Shown here in pieces: positions 1-8,547 of a stretch of DNA of 64,000 nucleotides. The position numbers and the translations under genes were made by a program. The stretch comes from Candidatus Hermodarchaeum yapensis. Its GTDB lineage: Archaea; Asgardarchaeota; Hermodarchaeia; Hermodarchaeales; Hermodarchaeaceae. Location: assembly GCA_016840405.1 (NCBI GenBank), contig JAEOSK010000001.1:40952-104951 (forward strand), read 5' to 3'. Under the pieces are notes generated by a model. That model did no database searches, had not been told where the DNA came from, and saw only the letters and a program-made list of their open reading frames with translations. The first letter of the stretch is position 1. The number at the start of each line of letters is the position of its first letter.

Positions 1-114
1 CAATGACTCGTCGGTTCATACTTACGCTACCTCCAGTGAGACGTTCAGAACTGCACTAGCGTTTAAAATGTTTTGTGTTAGGACGAGCTTTGCCTTATCT
101 TAGTGAAAAATGAG

Positions 115-870
115 CTAGAAACCTCGGAGAACTTCTTCAAAGATTTCGACTTGTTGACCAAGTATCTTTGAACGTTTCTCCATCTTATCTTTGCGAGATT
201 TGTAGTCTACGTCCTTCACTTCACCAACGGAGTGACGGGCATCTAAGAGAGATAATTCATTTCGAACGGCTTTATATTGGGCCTTGAGTAAGGAGAGCCA
301 CTCACGAGCCAAAATGACCTGCTCTTGATAGAGGGCGTCAGCTTCATCCAAATTCTTCTCATATTCTTCCTTTAGACGAATATAGACGCTCTCTCGAACC
401 TTTCCACTCTCTTTCAGTTCTTCGAGCTTATCAAGTCGCTCTTTTGACGCCGACCGTTCCTTCCCTGCCTTCTCAAAGGCATATTCCTTAACCTTTGACT
501 TAAGCTTCTTTTCTCGGGTTTTCAAAGCTTTAATCTGCTTTTGTAAAGGTTTGATTTCCTTTTCTAATTCTGCAATTGAACGATCGCCCTCTTCAAGCTC
601 TTTCTCAAGTGTTTCTAATTGTTTCAGCAGTTCCGTATCTTCCTCTTCCAAGCTCATCAGCTGCGAACGGGCTTCCAATTGAGCTAATACCTCTGCAGGA
701 ACTTCTGTCACCGGTGCTCGTTCCGGCACCCTTTCTGGCGCAACACGCCCTGTCGTAACTGGACGGGAAACTGGCGTGGAAACAGATGCACCCATTTTCG
801 TTCCACAATACTTACAAAATTTCGCTGTATCTTTAACGGATTGTCCGCAGTTCGGGCACACTCGTGGCAT
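115..870 (-). CDS. Zinc-ribbon (CPNCG...CKYCG) N-terminal domain followed by Pro/Val linker and long K/E-rich coiled coil; function unknown
   Basis: CxxC-x13-CxxC motif in first 25 aa; heptad-like KELEE repeats; long ORF divergent from SPFH gene. Confidence 0.55.
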   Translation of the reverse strand: MPRVCPNCGQSVKDTAKFCKYCGTKMGASVSTPVSRPVTTGRVAPERVPERAPVTEVPAEVLAQLEARSQLMSLEEEDTELLKQLETLEKELEEGDRSIAELEKEIKPLQKQIKALKTREKKLKSKVKEYAFEKAGKERSASKERLDKLEELKESGKVRESVYIRLKEEYEKNLDEADALYQEQVILAREWLSLLKAQYKAVRNELSLLDARHSVGEVKDVDYKSRKDKMEKRSKILGQQVEIFEEVLRGF

Positions 871-1014
871 ACACTCACCTGCCGAATCTCTTATAATTTC
901 AAACCTAAAATACTTCGCTAACTGTCTCTTTCGCTCTATAATTACTTGAAAATGTCCGTAAAGTATATTCCCCTGAAATAACCACCATTACATGAACAAA
1001 GAGGGACAGGCTCT

Positions 1015-1905
1015 ATGCAATTTGATCTGTTCAGTTTCCTCCTAACCTATTGGTGGATTGTCGTTATCCTCATCTTCATCATCATTCTACTCCTTATTGT
1101 CCCGTTCATCCGCGTCCTTAAAGAATACGAACGCGCAGTCATTTTCCGGTTGGGTCGTGCTGTTCCCGGGGTTAAAGGTCCCGGCGTCGTCTTCTTGCTA
1201 CCCATTCTTGATAAAATGGTCAAAGTTGACCTCCGCGAACAGTATTTCGAAATCGAACACCAACGCTGTATCACCAGCGACAACGCTCCCGTCGACATCG
1301 ACCTCCTCATTTACCACCGTGTCGTCAATGCTAGAGATAGCGTTCTCCGTATCCGTGGCTTTAGCGGCGCTGCCCTCGGCATCAGCCAAACCACACTCCG
1401 CGCCGTCGTTGGTGATATTACTCTCGACGATGTTCTGGCTAAACGCGAATACATCAACAGCGTGCTCCGCGAAAAACTCGACGAGAACACCGAACCATGG
1501 GGCGTCAAAGTCACCAAAGTGGAGATTCGTGAAATTCTGCCACCTACAAAGGTAAACGAGGCTATGATTATGCAGATGGAAGCAGAAAGGCGCCGTCGTG
1601 CAATGGTCACAGAAGCCGCTGGTAAACGCGAGTCTACCATTGCGGTTGCTGAAGGTGATAAACAGTCAGCCATCCTTCGGGCGGAAGGTGAGCGCCAATC
1701 TGCTATTCTTCGCGCCGAAGGTGAAGCGTTAGCCTTGCAGAAGATCTTTGATGTTGCTAAAGGCATCGATGAAAAAACCATGACCATCCAATACTTAGAA
1801 ACTCTACAAGCACTTGGTGCGAGTCCCAGTACGAAGTATGTGATTCCCATCGAGTTTACACAAATTATCACACCAATTCAGAAATTCTTGAAAGGCATCA
1901 AATAG
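1015..1905 (+). CDS. SPFH/band-7 family protein (stomatin/prohibitin-like) with N-terminal transmembrane helix
   Basis: N-terminal hydrophobic segment, conserved band-7 core (RVLKEYERAVIFRLGR..., EAERRRRA, AEGEALA coiled-coil tail). Confidence 0.8.
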   Translation: MQFDLFSFLLTYWWIVVILIFIIILLLIVPFIRVLKEYERAVIFRLGRAVPGVKGPGVVFLLPILDKMVKVDLREQYFEIEHQRCITSDNAPVDIDLLIYHRVVNARDSVLRIRGFSGAALGISQTTLRAVVGDITLDDVLAKREYINSVLREKLDENTEPWGVKVTKVEIREILPPTKVNEAMIMQMEAERRRRAMVTEAAGKRESTIAVAEGDKQSAILRAEGERQSAILRAEGEALALQKIFDVAKGIDEKTMTIQYLETLQALGASPSTKYVIPIEFTQIITPIQKFLKGIK

Positions 1906-1927
1906 TTAACTTATCGAGTGGGATGAA

Positions 1928-1949
1928 CCGGGTGGGTTCAGCTACCCGG
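1928..1949 (+). terminator. Stem-loop (ccgggt-N10-acccgg) 20 nt after the SPFH stop; possible terminator/structured 3' end
   Basis: 6-bp perfect inverted repeat read directly from sequence. Confidence 0.2.
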
Positions 1950-2041
1950 ATGCATTCTAATTCGAAATGCTATTTCACTATCTTCAAAAGCATGATTTTC
2001 GAAAATTTCGTGCGAATAAAACTACGTCGCGTTTTAGAGAT

Positions 2042-2353
2042 TTACTTAGCCGCAGCTTGTACTTTTTCCTTTACAGTTTCTCGGGTATCATTATCAAGGA
2101 CAGTAGTATAGGAGTCATAACCAGGAAGCCCTGTGGTGATTTCTTCAATTAACAGCATGAGGGCTTTTTCTGAGTCCATATCTCTCACTTCAAGACTAGC
2201 ATCATCAAAGATAAAACTAGCCTCCTTCCATTTGCCCTCTCCGACCTGATACATCATATAGAGATAATCATCGGTCATCAGAATAGCGGATTTAACCTTC
2301 CAGGCATCTTCCAAGATTTCAAGAGCTTTGTTTGCGTTCTCCTCTTTACTCAT
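2042..2353 (-). CDS. hypothetical protein (103 aa)
   Basis: compact ORF filling gap between SPFH and endA, no recognisable motif. Confidence 0.4.
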   Translation of the reverse strand: MSKEENANKALEILEDAWKVKSAILMTDDYLYMMYQVGEGKWKEASFIFDDASLEVRDMDSEKALMLLIEEITTGLPGYDSYTTVLDNDTRETVKEKVQAAAK

Positions 2354-2434
2354 GAGACATCACATCAGTGTAAGTGTACTCTCCATTGCCTCATAAAAAT
2401 ACGGTGGTAGAAAAATGGTAAACCTTCCCAGGTA

Positions 2435-2995
2435 TTAGGGTTTGATCCACGAAAATACGAAGTAGCGAACTTTCCTCGATTCTGTTGCAGTTGCCAACAC
2501 AAACCGTTTTCGTACAGAAGTTGCGAGTCGACCTGCGCGGACGACTTCAATGGCTGACACCTCATCGGATTTTGCAATGACTTCAACAATGAAGAGCGAA
2601 TGGTCAATACCTGGACCTTTACGATACACAGCAAAATCTGCCCCAAATTTCAAACCTGGACGAACTACGAATCCTCGCTTTCGAAGATCTTCATAGACTT
2701 GGTATTTCCGGCTGAATTCTTTATGTTGCTTCTCAGCAATCTCGATTAACTTCTTTTCTTTCAGGGGCGTTTTGGCATCTTCAGTGTAGACTTCAATAGT
2801 GCCTTTTCGTAGTAGATGAAGCGCCTCAAAAAAGGAAAGCTGTGAGGGGCGATCAAAATCAGAGGATTTGGGTTTTCGAATGCCAAGGGGCTTACCATAG
2901 AAACCCTTGCTGTAAAGAGTCGATCCATCTGCAGGGTTCCATACAACTACTTTGTTCTCAACAATTTGTGCAGAAATACGGGAAGTTTTTGGCAT
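2435..2995 (-). CDS. endA: tRNA-intron (splicing) endonuclease, short homotetramer-type
   Basis: C-terminal catalytic domain GFVVRPGLKFGADFAVY ... DHSLFIV ... SVRKRF (Tyr-His-Lys triad pattern), 186 aa like alpha4 enzymes. Confidence 0.75.
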   Translation of the reverse strand: MPKTSRISAQIVENKVVVWNPADGSTLYSKGFYGKPLGIRKPKSSDFDRPSQLSFFEALHLLRKGTIEVYTEDAKTPLKEKKLIEIAEKQHKEFSRKYQVYEDLRKRGFVVRPGLKFGADFAVYRKGPGIDHSLFIVEVIAKSDEVSAIEVVRAGRLATSVRKRFVLATATESRKVRYFVFSWIKP

Positions 2996-3056
2996 CGCAA
3001 CTCACAGTGGAATTCTTCTGGGTAATTTGAGATTACGGGATTTAAAAGGAGTCCGA

Positions 3057-3707
3057 TTAAACTCTGGCAATGGCAATTATTCGTACTGCGTCCGCTGCAT
3101 CCTCTGCTGCATCTGCTATTTCCTCGAGGTGTTGCCCTAAATCCTTTAGGCGCAACAGGACTTTGATATCGAGATTGGATGAGTACAAAAATTGGGTGAA
3201 TCCTCGATGAGCCGCATCTGCGTCACGTTCAGCTGCATCAACCTCAATCGCTAGCTCAACGGCTTTTTTAGAATTCTGTTCTAAGAACATAATTGATTGG
3301 CGCATCTTATACACTGCATCCATAAGAGCGTCGAGTAAGCCTTTGAAGTGTTCACGAATTTTTGCATCCGGTTGAAACTCTTCCAATCCTTGAAGATCCC
3401 ACGCAGATGCTTCACAAAGATCAGCGATATCATCAGTACGCATTACTAATCGGAAGTAATCGCTACGTCGAAGCATGGTTTCAACCACGGACAGTTCATC
3501 CAGAATAGTCCGTTTAACATTGTCAGCTTCTCGTTCAAGCATAGCTAGTTTGTTAAAGTGATCCTGCTGGCGTTCTTTTCTTCCATCCATCCAGTCTTCT
3601 ATCATAACACGAAGGGCTTTTGCAGCTCGTAGCACGATACCTGCATGATCCTGGGCTATAGCCATAGCTTTGTATTCTGCGCGATTATTAGATCGTTCCA
3701 AGGTCAC
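3057..3707 (-). CDS. DUF47/PhoU-like helical protein (TIGR00153-like)
   Basis: 216 aa all-helical, paired E-x-E-A-D and D-x-x-D motifs typical of PhoU/DUF47. Confidence 0.5.
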   Translation of the reverse strand: MTLERSNNRAEYKAMAIAQDHAGIVLRAAKALRVMIEDWMDGRKERQQDHFNKLAMLEREADNVKRTILDELSVVETMLRRSDYFRLVMRTDDIADLCEASAWDLQGLEEFQPDAKIREHFKGLLDALMDAVYKMRQSIMFLEQNSKKAVELAIEVDAAERDADAAHRGFTQFLYSSNLDIKVLLRLKDLGQHLEEIADAAEDAADAVRIIAIARV

Positions 3708-3771
3708 TTTCGTTCAACCTCTCGGCGTTGGTGGGTCAGGTAACCACCTATTAAAGCGTATCGAATCCGCT

Positions 3772-4635
3772 TCAAGACCCCCCAATTAAAATGAGAGGAA
3801 CTGTGAGCACCACTACAATGATTCCTAATGTTAAACAGAAAATCCACCAGGGTAGCTTCAGGGCATAATAACGAAATACAGCCAAGGCTCCTAATCCCGC
3901 AATAAAGGCCACCACCATCAATACAAGCAATATCGGAATCAAAGGCACAATCAGTAAGACATTTCCAAAGATAAGGTCAACGGCTACAACACCAAAAGCT
4001 GCGGGCACTCCTAATAGTAAGCTTAACCGGAGTGCTTCATCTCGCCTCACACCTCTAATTAAAAGCCATGTTAATGTCATTCCCGATCGGCTTATTCCGG
4101 GTAACACAGCTACACCTTGGAGTAGCCCTAATACAAAGGCCTCCCGAAGTGAGATACCTCCTAGTGTTAGGTCACCCTGTACGCCCGGCTGAAAATACAA
4201 GACAATACCAGTCACAATAAGGAGAATTCCAACAAGGAGGGTCACGAAGCTTCCCAGAAGAACCGTTACCAGGCTTCGTAGTAAGAAATACAAAGGCAAA
4301 GCGACTATCACGGTTCCAATAGTACCCGCGACAACAAAGGCAAATAGTGGACCAAATAATTTCCTTGATTCTTTCTCGGCAGTTGGGATTTCTTCTTTTG
4401 GAGGTCGGATTTGTATGACAAGGGGGCAAAAGATGTCATGACGATAAAAGGCAATCACGGTGAAGGCGGTTCCAAGGTGTAACCAGAAAATCACCGAGAG
4501 CGCGAATTCAGGGGTGAAATGATAGATGTTTGCGGCAACAAGCAATATCTGACCTTCACTGCTCACAGGCAGATATTCTAGCAATCCTTGTAATAGTGCT
4601 AAAATCAGTAACGGGATAATCATTAGCGCGTTCAC
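3772..4635 (-). CDS. uppP: undecaprenyl-diphosphatase (BacA/UppP family) polytopic membrane protein
   Basis: GISRSGMTLT motif (GxSRSGxT), 8 predicted TM helices. Confidence 0.75.
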   Translation of the reverse strand: MNALMIIPLLILALLQGLLEYLPVSSEGQILLVAANIYHFTPEFALSVIFWLHLGTAFTVIAFYRHDIFCPLVIQIRPPKEEIPTAEKESRKLFGPLFAFVVAGTIGTVIVALPLYFLLRSLVTVLLGSFVTLLVGILLIVTGIVLYFQPGVQGDLTLGGISLREAFVLGLLQGVAVLPGISRSGMTLTWLLIRGVRRDEALRLSLLLGVPAAFGVVAVDLIFGNVLLIVPLIPILLVLMVVAFIAGLGALAVFRYYALKLPWWIFCLTLGIIVVVLTVPLILIGGS

Positions 4636-4810
4636 CGTTATTGTCTCCGATGGTATGTCTCTCGCCTATAAGGATTACCTGAGAAAAGGCGCCCATTATC
4701 GAGTATCCATAAAAGACTTGAAGTTAGTTTCTAGAATCCCTAATTCGGCTTTCGCGAGCTGGCGAATCGCTTAAAGCCTCCCGTTGTAAGAAGCCTTTCG
4801 AGGACTAGCA

Positions 4811-5173
4811 GTGGATTCAGATCAGGACTTTCCATCCGTTGAAAGCGAGAAGTTAACGCTCCTCCGACAAATGGTTCAAGATGATACTGTAAAACGAGAG
4901 CTCTTACGCTGTCTCAGCGATGGAATATGGCATACTACCTCGGAGTTGGCACGGTTCGCGCGCGAAGCAAACCCTGTAATTGGTTTAGTGACTGTGGGTA
5001 CAATTCTAACTCGTATGCAAGAGCAATTGGGTGAACATTTTCTTGAGCAAATGGTGCAAAAAGCCGAAGAAGGCGTTTCCTCGTGGCGGATTGGTGTGGA
5101 ATGGTTAGATGTCGTGAATGAAGTGCTAAAACAGAAGGGGAAACCTACTAAACCCTCAATATTCGATGAATAG
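4811..5173 (+). CDS. hypothetical protein (120 aa), possible winged-helix
   Basis: ORF only. Confidence 0.4.
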   Translation: MDSDQDFPSVESEKLTLLRQMVQDDTVKRELLRCLSDGIWHTTSELARFAREANPVIGLVTVGTILTRMQEQLGEHFLEQMVQKAEEGVSSWRIGVEWLDVVNEVLKQKGKPTKPSIFDE

Positions 5174-5326
5174 CGCCAAACTTTCTGAAATTGACGATGA
5201 TTTTTCGTTCGATTTGTATAAAAACACGGTCTAAGAGAGCATTCATCAGGAATAGCCTTTTAATCGGTGGAAAACTTAAGTAGGAGCAGTGAGAACGGTT
5301 ATTTTAGTAAAATAACGGTGTGACCC

Positions 5327-5566
5327 ATGCCAAGAGAAAAAACGACACGCATAGTTCCCCTTGCCCCAATTGATCGCCTCATCCGCAAAGCTGGTGCAGA
5401 ACGAGTCAGTGAACACGCTGCCACGGAACTCGGCGAAGTCCTTGAGGAACTCGGAACCGAAATTGCCTCCATCGCCAAAGAACTCTCTGAATTTGCTGGA
5501 CGGAAAACCGTTACCCGCAAAGATATCCGACTGGCCTACAAGCAATGGAAAAAAACTCGCCGGTAA
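5327..5566 (+). CDS. archaeal histone (HMf-like histone fold) with short basic N- and C-terminal extensions
   Basis: LAPIDRLIRKAGAERVS...LEELGTEIASIAKELSEFAGRKTVTRKDIRLA matches HMfB almost position by position; extra MPREKTTRIV N-tail and KQWKKTRR C-tail. Confidence 0.8.
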   Translation: MPREKTTRIVPLAPIDRLIRKAGAERVSEHAATELGEVLEELGTEIASIAKELSEFAGRKTVTRKDIRLAYKQWKKTRR

Positions 5567-5658
5567 CATAGCCAGGACAACGAACAATCTCAAGGCTTAA
5601 AATAAGTTCCATGACACAATCATATTCTGTACCCTAATTTTTAGTAGGTGACAACATC

Positions 5659-6870
5659 ATGCCACGTCGTTCACTTCGAAACAACCTAATCACCGAGCGA
5701 ACAAAGACGATTCGTTATGCCATTCGCGATGTCGTCGTCACGGCCAAACACCTGGAGGCGAAGGGGAAAAAAATTACTTACCTCAACATCGGCGACCCAA
5801 TCGTCTATGACTTTGAAACACCCCCATTCTTAGTTGAAGCGTTTTGCGATGCTGCAAAACAAGGTCATAATGGGTATTCGGCTTCGGCTGGTATTCCAGA
5901 ATTTCGAGAAGCCGTGGTTGATAAGGAAAAACGCATTAACAAGATTTCAATTGGAGCTGCGGATGTTATTGCTACTGCAGGGATTTCTGAAGGCATTCAG
6001 ATGATGATGGCGGCACTTGTTAGTCCCGGCTCTGAGGTCTTAGTTCCTGGACCAACCTATCCTCCCTATTTGGCATTTGTCCGCTTCTTTGGTGGAACAG
6101 CACAAACCTATCGCTGTATCGAAGAAGAAGGTTGGCGACCAGATCTTGATGACATTCGTGCAAAAATCACCGAAAACACCGCTGCGATGGTCCTCATCAA
6201 TCCAAATAACCCCACAGGCGCTGTATATCCATCTAAGACGGTTCAAGCCCTAGTTGACATTGCTGGTGAATTTGGCATCCCCTTGATCTCGGATGAAGTC
6301 TATGATAGGCTTGTTTATGATTTGGTTCCAACAAGCACTGCAGCTCTCGCAAAGGATGTTCCCGTAATCGGTTTCAACGGACTTTCAAAGGTGTATCTGG
6401 TTCCTGGCTGGCGTATTGGTTACATGTATTTCCACCATCCAAACCAGGACCTCGCAGAACTCAAAGAACACATCCTCAAACAAGCCCGCATCCGTATTTG
6501 CACCAATGCCCCCGCTCAATACGCTGCCTCTATCGGTCTTCGCGAATCTGATACCTACCTTAAAGATGTCATATCCCGGTTACAAGACCGTAGAGATCTC
6601 GTTTGGAAACGACTTAACGAAATCGATGGAATATCAACATCAAAACCAGAAGGTTCCTTCTACATTTTTCCCAGCATTGATTTGCAGAACCGCTGGTCAA
6701 CCGATGAAGAATTTGTAATGGCGCTTCTTAAGGAAACAGGAGTACTTGTCGTTCACGGATCTGGCTTTGACCCAGTATTTGGTTCAGACCATTTTCGATT
6801 AGTCTTCCTTGCTCCCCCACCTATTCTCAATTCTGCCCTTGATGCAATACAAAAATTCGTTGAAAGCTAA
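5659..6870 (+). CDS. PLP-dependent aminotransferase class I/II (aspartate/alanine aminotransferase family)
   Basis: NPNNPTGAVY, SKVYLVPGWRIGY (PLP-lysine region), 403 aa. Confidence 0.8.
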   Translation: MPRRSLRNNLITERTKTIRYAIRDVVVTAKHLEAKGKKITYLNIGDPIVYDFETPPFLVEAFCDAAKQGHNGYSASAGIPEFREAVVDKEKRINKISIGAADVIATAGISEGIQMMMAALVSPGSEVLVPGPTYPPYLAFVRFFGGTAQTYRCIEEEGWRPDLDDIRAKITENTAAMVLINPNNPTGAVYPSKTVQALVDIAGEFGIPLISDEVYDRLVYDLVPTSTAALAKDVPVIGFNGLSKVYLVPGWRIGYMYFHHPNQDLAELKEHILKQARIRICTNAPAQYAASIGLRESDTYLKDVISRLQDRRDLVWKRLNEIDGISTSKPEGSFYIFPSIDLQNRWSTDEEFVMALLKETGVLVVHGSGFDPVFGSDHFRLVFLAPPPILNSALDAIQKFVES

Positions 6871-6899
6871 TACTCAATCTGCACAAAACTAAGTATCGG

Positions 6900-7235
6900 T
6901 TAGTCTTCCTCTTCGGGTTCTGGTGGTTCAGTAAATTCAGTTGGTTCTGTTGCTTCTGCTGGTCTAGCAATATTCATTCGTGCTTCTTGAACCATTCGCC
7001 CAATCGTCCCAAACATCCGCTCGGGGGAAAACATCGGCATCGATACGCTGTTTTGGATAGCATTGAAGATTTCATTATGATTCAAATCGGTCGTCAGGCG
7101 AGTAGTACCGATTTCAGTTGGACCACGAAAAATCCGAACGGCCCATTGATCTGCCACACGTCCGAGTTCTACTAAATATGACGTCATGGGGAGGAGGTAT
7201 TTTTGGGTGATGGGTTGATATTCTTGGGACATCAA
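6900..7235 (-). CDS. hypothetical protein with acidic Pro/Glu C-terminal tail; co-oriented downstream of coiled-coil gene
   Basis: ORF only. Confidence 0.45.
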   Translation of the reverse strand: MMSQEYQPITQKYLLPMTSYLVELGRVADQWAVRIFRGPTEIGTTRLTTDLNHNEIFNAIQNSVSMPMFSPERMFGTIGRMVQEARMNIARPAEATEPTEFTEPPEPEEED

Positions 7236-7317
7236 AAGCCGCCTCTATTTATCGTATCCATCGACATGAGCTAAAAAGCCTTTGTGCCCGGTTTTTCTAG
7301 CACTTCAGAGCTGAATC

Positions 7318-8547
7318 TTAAGCAAGAAGGGCTTGAACTTCGTCAGGGAACTCTATTTCGATATCATTGCGAACCAACTTGGAAATTCCAGATTCAAGGC
7401 GTTTTTGCAGGGTTTTTAACCGCGCAGTAATCCGGGTGACTTGTTCCTCTATATGCGCGATTTCAGATTTCACATCCCGATGCTCCCACTCAGCACGTTC
7501 CAAGGATTTCTCCAAATCTCGACGCTCATCCGACGACACCGCACTCTCTAGCTCATCTTTCCGAGACGCAAGGTTGGAAAACCGCAACCGATACTCATCT
7601 AAGTCCCCTTTCTCAACTACCCCGGTCTTCCGATCCAACACTTTTCGATTCAAACTCGCCTTAAAATTCATCTTACCATTTTGAATAGCCTCCGCCAACG
7701 CCATCAATCCTGCTTTCAACCGCTCAAGATCATCTGTATCACGCTGGAAAGCCGTCCACGGATCCTTCGAATATGCATCGGCCCCCTCGCCCGCTACTGA
7801 GGAGATCATTATCGACTGGCCTGCCGCCTGACTTACCTTCTTAAACGGTTTCTTGAGAAAATTCAACTGGTTCGTCACAATCATTCGAATACTATCAATT
7901 TCCTTGCGGATTCCATCGATCTCCGCCAAGCCAGAATCCATCCTGAACTGTTCAATCCCCTCCTGGTGTTCCTCGACCCTCCCCGCGGTCTGCTCCTTCT
8001 GTTCCCTTAACTTCGCCAATTGTTCAGATAATGCCAACACGTGTCGAGACCGCTCATCAATCTCCTCTACTTCCTCACCAACCAGTTCCACCTGCTTCGG
8101 TAATTTTTCCTTTTCCCAATTTTTCTTAATCTTCTGATATCCCTGTCCAATCGACCTAAATTGGTAATCCAACTCTTTGATAATCTTCTTATGCACACGC
8201 GGTAACCGCGGAATATACCGCCGCCCAGCATGCGTCGTATCCTGCAAATAATCCTCTAAATCATCCAGCAATTCCTCTACCGAAGAATAGGTAATCTCCT
8301 CTGGAAACACCATGTCCTTTGCACTACTTTTCAAACGGCTCGCTAACTTCTGAGCCGAACCGGGCACCGTCAACTCCCCATCAATCACTACCTCTTCCAA
8401 TAGCTCATCCGACGTCTCTACCGTTTTCACCAACGCCTCATCAATCCGGTCCAACTGCTTCTGAATATCCAACCGATAATTCGAAAGCAACTCACTGGTC
8501 CGCTCAGCAAACCACTCCGGCAACTCATGCACGCCAATCACAGTCAA
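7318..8547 (-). CDS. coiled-coil protein (409 aa), partner gene of longin-GTPase; strongly G/T-ending codon usage
   Basis: long heptad-rich K/E/L sequence; divergent from 8527 gene. Confidence 0.6.
   Translation of the reverse strand: MTVIGVHELPEWFAERTSELLSNYRLDIQKQLDRIDEALVKTVETSDELLEEVVIDGELTVPGSAQKLASRLKSSAKDMVFPEEITYSSVEELLDDLEDYLQDTTHAGRRYIPRLPRVHKKIIKELDYQFRSIGQGYQKIKKNWEKEKLPKQVELVGEEVEEIDERSRHVLALSEQLAKLREQKEQTAGRVEEHQEGIEQFRMDSGLAEIDGIRKEIDSIRMIVTNQLNFLKKPFKKVSQAAGQSIMISSVAGEGADAYSKDPWTAFQRDTDDLERLKAGLMALAEAIQNGKMNFKASLNRKVLDRKTGVVEKGDLDEYRLRFSNLASRKDELESAVSSDERRDLEKSLERAEWEHRDVKSEIAHIEEQVTRITARLKTLQKRLESGISKLVRNDIEIEFPDEVQALLA

Noticed and set aside
1047-1871. Several ORFs (1047-1310 minus, 1058-1555 plus, 1198-1389 minus, 1311-1871 minus) nested in the SPFH gene
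   Set aside because: They are alternative-frame or antisense ORFs with low-complexity Ser/Arg-rich translations. The SPFH frame has clear family motifs.
6900-7235. Calling the 111-aa protein a roadblock/LC7 (MglB-like) domain
   Set aside because: The sequence does not show the alternating hydrophobic beta-alpha-beta pattern seen in the other longin/roadblock-like domains here, so it is left as hypothetical.
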